Shown here one piece after another: positions 1 through 9,232 of a DNA stretch of 23,376 bases; the stretch's first letter is position 1; each line of letters opens with the position of its first letter. A program made the position numbers and the translations under genes. The notes below the pieces were generated by a model. It was not told the DNA's origin and did no database searches. It saw nothing but the letters and a program-made list of their open reading frames with translations. Origin of the DNA: a candidate division WOR-3 bacterium (GTDB lineage: Bacteria > Hydrothermota > Hydrothermia > LBFQ01 > DSFT01); the NCBI GenBank assembly GCA_965649115.1, contig CBFGJN010000027.1, forward strand, positions 1-23,376. The letters run 5' to 3'.

Positions 1-126
1 ATACCCATTTTTTGCCTTTGGGGGGCAGAGCCCCCCTAATAATCCCCCCATAAAATCTATAATTTCATTAAAAATTTTATAAATTATTGATTATCAATCG
101 CTTAACAATAATTATTGGACAAAGCA
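1..126 (+). mobile_element. MITE-like element copy A (3' part; cut by window start)
   Basis: Ends in right TIR ATTATTGGACAAAGCA (126). Contains the GGGGGC-AGA-GCCCCC hairpin and the palindrome at 80-104. Nearly identical to the reverse complement of 20585-20711. Confidence 0.85.
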
Positions 127-134
127 TTTCTACC

Positions 135-297
135 TGCTTTGTCTAGTAATTCTGAAATATAGATTATTTCTTATTTTGCCCGCCCACCCTGAAAATAAGG
201 CTTCGCCTTATAAATACCCGTTTAAATCTATAATTTCCTCAAAGCTTTTATAAGTTATTGATAATCAGGGATTTAACAATAATTATTGGACAAAGCA
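135..297 (+). mobile_element. MITE-like element copy B (163 bp, intact TIRs, 8 bp TSD)
   Basis: TGCTTTGTCTAGTAAT...ATTATTGGACAAAGCA termini; flanked by TTTCTACC at 127-134 and 298-305; nearly identical to 15976-16139. Confidence 0.9.
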
Positions 298-305
298 TTT
301 CTACC

Positions 306-392
306 TGCTATGTCTAGTTTATTTTATTATATTTTTCCCACTCTATATTCAAGGCTTCGTCCCCCTTAAATTCTCCCCATTAAAACAATAAT
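306..392 (+). mobile_element. Decayed MITE copy C (left end kept, right end lost)
   Basis: Starts TGCTATGTCTAG; contains degenerate CCCACTCT, AAGGCTTCGTCCCCC and AAAACAATAAT modules. Right boundary approximate. Confidence 0.7.
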
Positions 393-412
393 AGTGTCTT
401 ATAAATAAGCCT

Positions 413-418
413 TATAAT
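413..418 (+). promoter_or_regulatory. Putative -10 box (TATAAT) 9 nt before the apbE ATG; leaderless-type
   Basis: CTTATAATTTTCAAAAT-ATG; no Shine-Dalgarno; same arrangement at other operon-first genes. Confidence 0.6.
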
Positions 419-427
419 TTTCAAAAT

Positions 428-1129
428 ATGGAATTGCTACTAAGAGCACAATTTATAATGGGAAGCATTTTAAAAATAGGAATAATTCAAAATAATCCAA
501 ATTCAGAAATTGCAATTGATTCTGCTTTCAAGTATGCTAACTATTTAAACAGAATTTGGTTTAAATTTTACGATAATTTTGTCGCAAATAATGATACAAT
601 AATTGTTGAAGATGAAACTGATGAAATCCTAAATCTATCATTAAATTATATTCAAATAACTGATAGTTTATTTAATCCGTTTTACAAATCAAAAGGCTTA
701 TTTCCAATTAAAATTTCAGAAAAACGATGGTTTTTCCCAAAAGGATTAATAATTGATTTAGGAGGAATTGCAAAAGGTTATTTAGTAGATAAAATTAGGG
801 CTATTATTTTAAGTTTTGGTATTGATACCTTTTATATAAATTTTGGCAATAGTTCAATATATTCCCAAAACTACGAATTAAACCTTTATGATGAAACATT
901 TGGAAATTTTAAGATAAAAAACAAAGCAATATCTATATCTTCAACAATAAAACCTATTGAAAAAAAATTTCATATTTATGATCCAAAAAGCCAAAAACTT
1001 GTTAAGAAAAGAAGAAAAGTTCTTTTAATTTGTGATAAAGCGGTTGAATGCGATGCAATATCAAAAGCCATAATAATAAATCCAAAATTAAAAGAAAAGT
1101 TCAAATGGATAGAAATAAGAATAAATTAA
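428..1129 (+). CDS. apbE: FAD:protein FMN transferase (ApbE family), short form without signal peptide
   Basis: IDLGGIAKGY motif, N-terminal FIMGS, HIYDPKS, and CDAISKA resembling ADALST. Confidence 0.85.
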   Translation: MELLLRAQFIMGSILKIGIIQNNPNSEIAIDSAFKYANYLNRIWFKFYDNFVANNDTIIVEDETDEILNLSLNYIQITDSLFNPFYKSKGLFPIKISEKRWFFPKGLIIDLGGIAKGYLVDKIRAIILSFGIDTFYINFGNSSIYSQNYELNLYDETFGNFKIKNKAISISSTIKPIEKKFHIYDPKSQKLVKKRRKVLLICDKAVECDAISKAIIINPKLKEKFKWIEIRIN

Positions 1130-1153
1130 ATTTAAATCTATTTCTTTGAATAC

Positions 1154-1246
1154 AAGCCTTCGGCTTATAAATACCCCAACTTTTGCCTTTGGGGGCTCTG
1201 CCTCCCAACTAAATCCCCCCAAGGAAATTATAGATTTTATAGGGGG
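1154..1246. repeat. Internal MITE fragments in opposite orientations between convergent apbE and ileS
   Basis: 1154-1220 matches the + strand internal module (AAGCCTTCGGCTTATAAATACCC...TTTTGCCTTTGGGGGC...AATCCCCCC). 1221-1246 is the reverse complement of CCCCCTATAAAATCTATAATTTCCTT. Confidence 0.75.
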
Positions 1247-1257
1247 TGAATTTTGTT

Positions 1258-3993
1258 TCAACTTAAAGCAATTTTACATTTATCACATATACTATCACTT
1301 AAATTTTCAAACCACATCCAGCACCTTTCACATTTTTTGCCAAGGGCATGTGAAACACCAATTAATAAATTATCAAATTCCATTAAAATTTCTCCGCCTC
1401 TTTCAAACTTCAATTGTGAAACACCTAAAATTTCTTTCAATTCATACTCATAATTTTTATAAAAGTTATCATTTGTACTTAAAAATACGAGTGCATCTAA
1501 ATTTGAGCCTATTAGATCATTTTGCCTTGCTCTTTCAAGAACAACAAGCGTCTTCTCTCTTAAATCTAAAAGTTTCTTAAAATCATTTTCTAAATTTTCA
1601 TCTTTCCAATTTTCTTCAATTTTTGGGAAACTTTCAAGAAAAACACTCTCATAATTTTTAAAAGGTAAATACTGATAAGCTTCTTCGCAAGTGTGAGAAA
1701 GGATTGGTGAAAAGGCTACTAAAAGTCCTTTGAGAATTATATAAATTACACTTTGAGCAGATCTTCTTTCAATTGAATTTGCCTTATAAGTATATAATCT
1801 ATCTTTTAGAATATCAAGATAAAAAGCAGAAAGCTCATTATTTATAAAATCGTAGTAAATCCTAAAAACTTTGTGTGTTTCAAAATTTTCATAGTAATTT
1901 TCAACCTCTTTTATAACTCTTGAATATCTACTTAACATATACTTATCAACTTTTAAAAGCTTTTCATAAGGAACAAAATCCTCTCTTGAAAAGTCGTAAA
2001 GATTTGAAAGCATAAATCTATAAGTATTTCTTATTTTTCTATAAGCATCAACAATTCTATTTAATATCTCATTTCCAAGTCTAATATCTTCACTCCAATC
2101 AGCAGAATTCACCCAAAGTCTTAAAACATCAGCTCCATACTTATCAATAACTTCAAATGGAGAAATAACATTTCCAAGAGACTTGTGCATAGCTCTACCG
2201 TACTGGTCTAATGTCCAACCATGGGTAATGACAATTTTATATGGTGGTTTATTCTTAATTGCCATAGATAGAATTAAAGATGCATTAAACCAACCTCTAT
2301 GTTGATCAGAACCTTCAAGGTACATATCTGATGGAAAATTTAAATATGGATAATTTTCTAAAACGATTAAACCAGTTGAACCTGAATCAAACCAAACATC
2401 AAGAATATCATATTCTTTATCAAATTTATCATAAGAACAATAAGGACACTTAAAATCCTTTGGAAGAAATGTTTCAATTGGTTTAGTTAGCCATACATCC
2501 GAACTTTCTTCTTTTACTAATTTAGCAACATTTCTTATTATTGAACTATCTAAAATTGAATTATTACAATTTAAGCATTTAATTGAAGGAATAAAAACAC
2601 CCCAAACTCTCTGTCTTGAAATTACCCAATCCGGTCTTTCTTTTACAGAATTATAAATTCTATTTATGCTTTCTGGTGGATACCATCTAACATTTTTTAT
2701 ACTTGATAATGCCCTATCTCTTAAATTCTTATGAGACAAACTTAAAAACCATTGACTTGTTGCTCTAAAAATTAATGGATTTTTACATCTCCAACAAAAT
2801 GGATAACTATGAAGAATTTTCTCAAGTTTATAAAATAAATTTCTTTCTTTAAGTCTTTCAACTGCTCTATTTCCACCCTCATAATAAATTAATCCTTTCA
2901 CATTTAAAGGATATTTTGTTTGATTATCCGCTTCATCAGTCCATTTACCAAAATCATCTATTGGAGAAAAGACTTCCAAATTATAAATTTTTGATAATTC
3001 ATAATCTTCCTTACCATGACCAGGTGCTATATGAACAATACCAGTTCCTTCATCTACACTTACAAAATCTCCAAAAACAGCAGGTGATAATAAATCTTCA
3101 AATAATGGATTAATAAATAATTTCCCTTCAAAATAACTTCCATCAACCTCTTCTAAAATTTCAAATTCGCCATCAATTACACTTAAACGATTCTTCGCAA
3201 GTGCAATTTTTAAGTTTTGATGTTTTACAATTACATACTTTATATCTTTTGAAAAGGCAAATGCTCTATTTGAAATAAGTGTCCAAGGTGTCGTTGTCCA
3301 AACTAAAATATATAAATCACTATCTTTTTCTTTTACTAAAAAGAACAAAGATGGATCTTCTTTTTCTTTATATTCAATTTCTGCAAGACTTAATGCAGTT
3401 CTACAATGATAACACCAGTGAATGGGCATCCTTTGACGATAAATATAACCCTCATCTACTAATTTAGCAAGAATTTCAAGTTCAATCGCTTCATATAAAT
3501 TATCCATAGTAATATATGGATTTTCCCAATCTCCAAAAACTCCTAATCTTTTAAACTCTTCTCTCTGAATGTTAAGCCACTCTCTTGCAAAAGCTCTACA
3601 TTTTTCCCTAATTTTTAATTTAACATTTATATCTTTCAATTTTTCAGGGTCATTTATTAGCTTTGAAACTTCTTCATCTTTCTTAATAATTTCATTTTCA
3701 ATTGGCTGACCATGTGTATCCCAACCGGGAACATAAGGAACACTATAACCTTTAAGTGCCTTATATTTATTGAAAACATCTTTCAAAATTTTGTTTTCTG
3801 CATGTCCTAAATGAATATGACCATTAGCATAAGGCGGTCCATCATGTAAGATAAATTTTTGAGAATTTCTTTCATAAGAAATTTTTTGAAAAATTTTAAT
3901 ATCTTTCCAAAAATTTTGAATTTCTGGTTCTTTTTTTGGCAAATTTGCTTTCATTGGAAAATCAGTTTTTGGCAAATTTAAGGTTTCCTTCAT
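1258..3993 (-). CDS. ileS: Isoleucine--tRNA ligase (bacterial type 1)
   Basis: TLNLPKTDFPMKANL start, HDGPPYANG, HLGH (HIGH), WTTTPWT, GTGIVHIAPGHG, EGSDQHRGWF, AMHKS (KMSKS variant), C-terminal CERCW...CDKC zinc finger. Confidence 0.98.
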   Translation of the reverse strand: MKETLNLPKTDFPMKANLPKKEPEIQNFWKDIKIFQKISYERNSQKFILHDGPPYANGHIHLGHAENKILKDVFNKYKALKGYSVPYVPGWDTHGQPIENEIIKKDEEVSKLINDPEKLKDINVKLKIREKCRAFAREWLNIQREEFKRLGVFGDWENPYITMDNLYEAIELEILAKLVDEGYIYRQRMPIHWCYHCRTALSLAEIEYKEKEDPSLFFLVKEKDSDLYILVWTTTPWTLISNRAFAFSKDIKYVIVKHQNLKIALAKNRLSVIDGEFEILEEVDGSYFEGKLFINPLFEDLLSPAVFGDFVSVDEGTGIVHIAPGHGKEDYELSKIYNLEVFSPIDDFGKWTDEADNQTKYPLNVKGLIYYEGGNRAVERLKERNLFYKLEKILHSYPFCWRCKNPLIFRATSQWFLSLSHKNLRDRALSSIKNVRWYPPESINRIYNSVKERPDWVISRQRVWGVFIPSIKCLNCNNSILDSSIIRNVAKLVKEESSDVWLTKPIETFLPKDFKCPYCSYDKFDKEYDILDVWFDSGSTGLIVLENYPYLNFPSDMYLEGSDQHRGWFNASLILSMAIKNKPPYKIVITHGWTLDQYGRAMHKSLGNVISPFEVIDKYGADVLRLWVNSADWSEDIRLGNEILNRIVDAYRKIRNTYRFMLSNLYDFSREDFVPYEKLLKVDKYMLSRYSRVIKEVENYYENFETHKVFRIYYDFINNELSAFYLDILKDRLYTYKANSIERRSAQSVIYIILKGLLVAFSPILSHTCEEAYQYLPFKNYESVFLESFPKIEENWKDENLENDFKKLLDLREKTLVVLERARQNDLIGSNLDALVFLSTNDNFYKNYEYELKEILGVSQLKFERGGEILMEFDNLLIGVSHALGKKCERCWMWFENLSDSICDKCKIALS

Positions 3994-4002
3994 AGGCTTG
4001 AA

Positions 4003-4008
4003 ATTTTA
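4003..4008 (-). promoter_or_regulatory. Putative -10 box (TAAAAT) 9 nt before the ileS ATG
   Basis: Minus strand reads CTTTAAAATTTCAAGCCT-ATG; no SD. Confidence 0.6.
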
Positions 4009-4029
4009 AAGTAGAATGATTAAAAAATA

Positions 4030-4197
4030 TGCTTTAAATATGATTATTTCTATATTTTCCCCACCCACCCTATATTTAAGCCTTTGGCTTTAAAATAACC
4101 ATTTTTCGGCTATGGGGGGCTTAAATTCAATAATTTCTTTAAAAATTTTATAAGTTATTGACTATCAATCACTTAACACTATTTGCTAGACAAAGCT
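4030..4197 (+). mobile_element. MITE copy with a deletion just inside the left TIR; 8 bp TSD
   Basis: TGCTTT then internal modules; right end TTGCTAGACAAAGCT; AAAAAATA at 4022-4029 and 4198-4205. Confidence 0.8.
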
Positions 4198-4268
4198 AAA
4201 AAATAAACCTTTCCCCCCGAAAATTCAAGAGTTTTAATTAACATCATTCACCGAAGCAAGTAATGCTT

Positions 4269-4274
4269 TAAAAT
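4269..4274 (+). promoter_or_regulatory. Putative -10 box (TAAAAT) 15 nt before the rpiB ATG
   Basis: TGCTTTAAAATTTTAAAC matches the motif at other operon starts. Confidence 0.5.
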
Positions 4275-4289
4275 TTTAAACAATCTCTT

Positions 4290-4745
4290 ATGAAAATTGC
4301 TATTGGTTCGGATCATAGAGGTTATAAACTAAAAGAAGTAATTAAAAATTATCTTCAAGAAATTAACATAAATTATCAAGATTTTGGTGTTTTCTCTGAG
4401 GAATCTTCTGATTATCCTGATATTTCAATAAAAGTTGGAGAGAGTGTTTCAAAAGGTTTATTTGATTTTGGTATTCTTATATGCTCAACAGGTCAAGGAA
4501 CAAATATAACTGCTAACAAAGTTAAAGGTATAAGAGCTGCTTTATGTTTTAATTCTACATTTGCTAGGCTTTCAAGAGAACACAATGACGCTAATGTTTT
4601 ATCATTACCAGCAGACTTTGTAAGTTATGAAGAAGCTAAAACGATTGTCTTCGTTTTTTTAAATGCTAAGTTTCTTAAAGGAAGACACGAAAGAAGAGTA
4701 AATAAAATAAAAGCTTATGAAGGAGGTGATTATGAAAAGCTATAA
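4290..4745 (+). CDS. rpiB: Ribose-5-phosphate isomerase B
   Basis: MKIAIGSDHRG, DYPD, GILICSTGQG, ANKVKGIRAA, REHNDANVL, GRHERRV. Confidence 0.96.
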   Translation: MKIAIGSDHRGYKLKEVIKNYLQEININYQDFGVFSEESSDYPDISIKVGESVSKGLFDFGILICSTGQGTNITANKVKGIRAALCFNSTFARLSREHNDANVLSLPADFVSYEEAKTIVFVFLNAKFLKGRHERRVNKIKAYEGGDYEKL

Positions 4746-5655
4746 GTACATAATTTTCTTTTCTCTTATAGCATGCGAAGGTGAAAAGATAGATTGGACG
4801 AAAGCAAAAATTGAAGATGCTTACAGACCCTATGCTATTGAAAAAGGCTTTATTGAATACAAGTACAGCGGTGAAGAAGAAGGAAAAGAAACACTTATAT
4901 TTAAAGATTATGGACACTGGCAGTTTAGAAGTAAAGAAACAAGAGCTCAAAATGTTCCCTTAAAAAAGATTGAAATAATATCTCCTGCTGAAATTGTAAA
5001 TTATAAATCAACTTGTAAATGTCTTGAATATAAAATAGTTAGAGATACAAGTGATGAAAATAGAGGTATTTATTATTATGATACATTAAAAGGTGAATAT
5101 GTTCCAGGAAATCCTTATTGTATAAAACAAAAGAAAGAGGTTAAAGAAGTTGGTGGTATAAAACAATTAGTTTGCACTGAGTACGATTGGGAAGGCTCAA
5201 TAAGACCTAATGCCATGTACTATGTTTTATCTTCAATATGGGATACTGCTTCACCAAAAACGAAACAAAAACTAGGACCACTTATGCGTCAATTTGCTAA
5301 GGAAATGTCAATTGGATTTATTTATGCTGCTGCTATTGTAGAAATGCCAACAAAGAAAGATATCGCTGGCAAAAAAACAACATTTTATAAAGTTCAAGGT
5401 AAAGATATAAGAATTTTTCTATGGAATAATATCATTCTTGGAAGTGAAGTTATAAGCGAAACGGGAAAAAAAATTTTTGTAGAAGCTATAAAAGTTGATG
5501 AAAATCCAAAAATTACAGATGATATATTCAAAATTCCAGCGGATTTTCCACCACCTGTAAAGTACGATACAACATCTTTCATATTTAAGAAAGAGAAGAA
5601 TTTAGCAGAGCAGTTAGTTAATATATACCTTTCCGAAAAAGGAGCAAATAAATAA
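4732..5655 (+). CDS. Putative lipoprotein; C-terminus loosely DUF4412-like
   Basis: Start moved from 4717 to the in-frame ATG at 4732, which follows SD AGGAGGT. MKSYKYIIFFSLIA-C has a lipobox. C-terminal KKDIAGKK...IFKIPADF pattern; family assignment tentative. Confidence 0.65.
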   Translation: MKSYKYIIFFSLIACEGEKIDWTKAKIEDAYRPYAIEKGFIEYKYSGEEEGKETLIFKDYGHWQFRSKETRAQNVPLKKIEIISPAEIVNYKSTCKCLEYKIVRDTSDENRGIYYYDTLKGEYVPGNPYCIKQKKEVKEVGGIKQLVCTEYDWEGSIRPNAMYYVLSSIWDTASPKTKQKLGPLMRQFAKEMSIGFIYAAAIVEMPTKKDIAGKKTTFYKVQGKDIRIFLWNNIILGSEVISETGKKIFVEAIKVDENPKITDDIFKIPADFPPPVKYDTTSFIFKKEKNLAEQLVNIYLSEKGANK

Positions 5656-5658
5656 GCT

Positions 5659-7806
5659 TTGAATTTATTAACAATAATTTCAAAAAATTATAAGATTTTT
5701 TTAATAAATTTGTTTGTATTTATATTCTTAGGAATTGTTTTTACAATTTTTGAAAAAACTTGGATAACCTATATTTCTGAAATTAAAATTTTTTCAGAGC
5801 CAGTCCAAACAGAAAGTAAAAATTTACTTCCATATTTATATTCTTATTCATCAGATGAACAAAATAATCAAATTATAATAGCGGATATAATAAGTAGGGA
5901 ATTAATAGAAGGTTTTATCAAAAAATATAATTATAATTTTAAAATTGTCTCAAAACAACCAAAAAATTTAATAATTTATGACATTATTGCAAATACTCCA
6001 ATTGAACCGCAAAAGATATATAAAATAAAAACAAATGAAAATGGAGATATATTTATAAAAAGCTCAATAGATGGATATGTTGAATTACAAGGTTTAAACT
6101 TATATGATGCTTATAATAACTTTTTATCAAGTATGAAAATTGTCACATATTCCCTTGATGAAATTATCGGAAATAAAAAACAAAACAACATAATGGGCAT
6201 AGGTGAATCACAACTTAAAATTATTTCCGTATCATTATATTCAACAGAACCCTTTGTTAATGAAATCGGCAAAAAATTCAAGGATTTTCTAATTGAATAT
6301 AACCTAAATAAAAAAATGAAGAAGTTCAAAAATAGCAAGGATTTTATTAGCAAACAAATTGAAAACTATTTATCTGAACTTGATAACTTAAACTATAAAA
6401 TAAGACAAATTCAAATGATGAATAACTTATCATTAGATGATTCAAAAAATCCTCTCTTAAATGAGCTTTTTGAAATAAAAAAGAAACAAACTTCCTTGGT
6501 CTTTGAAATTCAATCTTTAAATGATTGGCTTAAAAATCCTAATGATGAAAATGAAATTATAACATCTGACCCTGTTATACAAAAAGCTATAACTGACTTG
6601 TTAATTTTCAAAGATACTTTAAATATATTGCTTGTTAAGTTTGGAAATAGCAGTTATGAATATATTTCAGTTTATAACGCTTATAAAAAATTAAAGGATA
6701 ACTTAAAGCAAAAAGTTATGGAAAGGATAAAAAATTTACAATCTCAATTAAATCTATTAAGAAAGAATGAATTAAAACTTAAAAATGAACTATCATCAAC
6801 ATTTGAAACTGAAAAGGAAGCAATAACCCTAATTTCAAGAAAAAAAGCTATTGAAGATATAATAACGATATTGTCTCAAAGAATGGAAGAAATAAAAATT
6901 CAAGAATCAGAAATTGTTCCTGATTTTAAAATTCTTGAATTTACAGAAAAACCTTATATTGAAGTAAAAGGAAGAAATTGGTTAAGAAACTTAATGTTTT
7001 CAATTATATTTTCACTATTTTTTTCAATAGTTGTAGTTATTATCCAAAATTATACATCAAATGTTATTAGAAGTGCAGATGATTTGGCAAAGTTTGGCAT
7101 ACAAAAAGCATATATTATTCCAGAAATTTCCGATGAAAACTATCTTCCTTTAAACATTTTAAAAAACAGGGATTATAAAAAAATTATAGAAGGACATATA
7201 TATTTGGAGAGTTTTAGAATTATCGTTTTGGAAAATTCGTTAAATAATCTGAAACTATTTGGAATTACAAGTTCTATTCAAGGTGAAGGAAAAAGCTATA
7301 TCTCTATAAACTTAGCAAGTACCATAGCTATGATGAATAAAAACGTTATTCTTTTAGATTGTGATTTAAGAAAGGGGGATATTACGGAAATAACAGGGAA
7401 GTCAAAAAACTTAGGTTTATCTGATATTTTAAGTTCTGATTTTGAGAACTTAATTTATAACTATTTAGAAAATTTATTTGTTGTTCCAAGAGGATTAACA
7501 TTTATTGACCCAATAGCAATATTTTCAAATAATAAATTTGATGAATTTTTAAAATTTTTAAGAGATAAATTTGATGTTATTATTTTAGATTTACCACCTA
7601 TTTTAAGAACTGCTGAAACGAAAATTATTACTGATAAATTAGAAAACTTCATTTTTGTTTTAAGAATAAATTTAACACCAAATGAAAATTTAAAAGAAGC
7701 ACTTTTGAGATTACAAAAGGAGAAAATTAAAGCTTATATTTTAAATGGGTTTGATTTAAGTTCAAACTACGGATATAAACAAAAGTACTACTATAAGTCA
7801 AGATGA
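5659..7806 (+). CDS. Wzc-like polysaccharide co-polymerase / BY-kinase
   Basis: Two TM segments flank a coiled-coil region; Walker A SSIQGEGKS, LLDCDLR, IILDLPP; C-terminal tyrosine cluster YGYKQKYYY. Confidence 0.88.
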   Translation: MNLLTIISKNYKIFLINLFVFIFLGIVFTIFEKTWITYISEIKIFSEPVQTESKNLLPYLYSYSSDEQNNQIIIADIISRELIEGFIKKYNYNFKIVSKQPKNLIIYDIIANTPIEPQKIYKIKTNENGDIFIKSSIDGYVELQGLNLYDAYNNFLSSMKIVTYSLDEIIGNKKQNNIMGIGESQLKIISVSLYSTEPFVNEIGKKFKDFLIEYNLNKKMKKFKNSKDFISKQIENYLSELDNLNYKIRQIQMMNNLSLDDSKNPLLNELFEIKKKQTSLVFEIQSLNDWLKNPNDENEIITSDPVIQKAITDLLIFKDTLNILLVKFGNSSYEYISVYNAYKKLKDNLKQKVMERIKNLQSQLNLLRKNELKLKNELSSTFETEKEAITLISRKKAIEDIITILSQRMEEIKIQESEIVPDFKILEFTEKPYIEVKGRNWLRNLMFSIIFSLFFSIVVVIIQNYTSNVIRSADDLAKFGIQKAYIIPEISDENYLPLNILKNRDYKKIIEGHIYLESFRIIVLENSLNNLKLFGITSSIQGEGKSYISINLASTIAMMNKNVILLDCDLRKGDITEITGKSKNLGLSDILSSDFENLIYNYLENLFVVPRGLTFIDPIAIFSNNKFDEFLKFLRDKFDVIILDLPPILRTAETKIITDKLENFIFVLRINLTPNENLKEALLRLQKEKIKAYILNGFDLSSNYGYKQKYYYKSR

Positions 7807-8657
7807 GAGCCCTTATATTAAGTGGAGGTTCAAATAAGGGAGCAATTCAAGTTGGTGCTCTTAAAGCATTACTAGAATATAACATTAATTTTGATTTGGT
7901 AATAGGAGTTTCAATTGGCTCTTTAAATAGTATTTATTTTGCTTATAAACCAAACTTAGAAGGAATTAGAGAACTTGAAAAAATATGGTTAAATGTAAAA
8001 AAAGAAGATATATTTGGAAATGTTAGAATTTCTGCTCTTATTAATTTTTTAAGAAACAAAGAAAGTTTATTTTCCAATGATAAATTCAGAGAATTTATTG
8101 TTAAAAATTCACCAGTTAAAACATTTTCAGAATTAAAATTAAAATGTTATATTATTGCCCTTGACCTTAAAACAGGAAAAGAATATATTTTTGGCAAAAA
8201 TAAATATGAGAGAATTTTAGATGCTATTCTTTCTTCAACTGCACTTATTCCATTTTTTCCACCGTATAAATATAAAAATATGGATTTAATAGATGGAGGA
8301 TTTTATAGTAATTTACCATACAAAGTTGCAATTGAGGAAGGCTCAAAAGAAATATGGGCACTTCACATTAAAGGCAAAAGGGAAGATTTTAAAATTTTTA
8401 AAATTCTTAATTTAATAAATGCTTCAATTTCTTACCTTCTTGAAAAAAGGATAGAAGAACAAGAAAACTTTGCAAAGAACAAAAAAGTAAAAATTCATTA
8501 CATTCCATTAGAATGTCCTTATAATTTATCTATATTTGATTTTGATAAAACGAGGAAGTTAATTGACTTAGGTTATGAAATCACAAAAAATTATTTGGAA
8601 AATTTAAAAGGAAAAGATGGAATAATTAAAAAACTTTTAAAAGTTTTTAAATGGTAA
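7803..8657 (+). CDS. Patatin-like phospholipase
   Basis: LSGGSNKG oxyanion loop, GVSIG nucleophile elbow, DGG motif. Confidence 0.92.
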   Translation: MRALILSGGSNKGAIQVGALKALLEYNINFDLVIGVSIGSLNSIYFAYKPNLEGIRELEKIWLNVKKEDIFGNVRISALINFLRNKESLFSNDKFREFIVKNSPVKTFSELKLKCYIIALDLKTGKEYIFGKNKYERILDAILSSTALIPFFPPYKYKNMDLIDGGFYSNLPYKVAIEEGSKEIWALHIKGKREDFKIFKILNLINASISYLLEKRIEEQENFAKNKKVKIHYIPLECPYNLSIFDFDKTRKLIDLGYEITKNYLENLKGKDGIIKKLLKVFKW

Positions 8658-9232
8658 TTGCTTATTTAATTTTCTCATTTATAATAACCTTAACAATTTT
8701 AAGGTTTTTTATAAAAAATAATGTTCTTTGGACAATTTTAAAGTTAATGTTAGCAATAATAATTATCATCAGCTTTCAAATGAATTTTAATTTTCAGTTA
8801 AAAAGCTTTATTTTCGGAATTATTTTATTCATTTCAAGTGTAATTTATTTTCTAACTTCAAGTTTTATATTTAATTTTGAAATTTTAAAAGGCCTTTCTA
8901 AAATTAAAAAATATAATTTTTTGTTTAGAATTTTAGCAGGTTTAATAGCCGGTATAAGTGAAGAAGTTATTTATAGAGGATTTTTGGTTATTTTTTTAAA
9001 TAGCTTTTTTCATAATTTGTTTATTTCATCAACGATTTCACTTTTTTTATTTTTAATTGTTCATATTCCAATATGGGGAATTTTAGGTGCCATTCAAATT
9101 TCAATATGGTCAATAATGTTTTATTTATATTTTGCTAAAACTAATGATATTTTAGCACTAATAATAGCTCATAGTTTAAATGATATTTTTTTCTTTTGTT
9201 GCTTTAAATATCGTACAAGCACCAAATGTTAA
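8651..9232 (+). CDS. CPBP / CAAX prenyl protease-like (Abi) membrane metalloprotease
   Basis: Hydrophobic protein with EEVIYRG, FLIVH and AHSLND motifs. Confidence 0.85.
   Translation: MVIAYLIFSFIITLTILRFFIKNNVLWTILKLMLAIIIIISFQMNFNFQLKSFIFGIILFISSVIYFLTSSFIFNFEILKGLSKIKKYNFLFRILAGLIAGISEEVIYRGFLVIFLNSFFHNLFISSTISLFLFLIVHIPIWGILGAIQISIWSIMFYLYFAKTNDILALIIAHSLNDIFFFCCFKYRTSTKC

Noticed and set aside
1..392. CRISPR array
   Set aside because: Repeat units are over 130 bp with TIRs, the spacers are 8-9 bp and identical within a locus, and there are no cas genes.
1146..1580. 144 aa ORF and the other short antisense or nested ORFs in the track (e.g. 2916, 4675, 6111, 10786, 14372, 18536, 21176)
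   Set aside because: They are shadows of well-supported genes on the opposite strand or in another frame, with no recognisable motifs.
3994..4289. T-box riboswitch upstream of ileS
   Set aside because: No T-box consensus seen; the region is a MITE copy and the -10 box lies directly before the ATG.
4717..4731. ORF-track start at 4717
   Set aside because: The in-frame ATG at 4732 has a strong SD and gives a proper lipoprotein signal peptide.
7803..9232. Patatin plus CAAX protease as an anti-phage or toxin-immunity system
   Set aside because: No cyclase, sensor or secretion genes nearby; both families are common housekeeping components.
9176..9232. 57 bp convergent overlap between the CAAX protease and menG as a frameshift or pseudogene
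   Set aside because: Both proteins keep their C-terminal motifs, and overlaps are the norm in this window.
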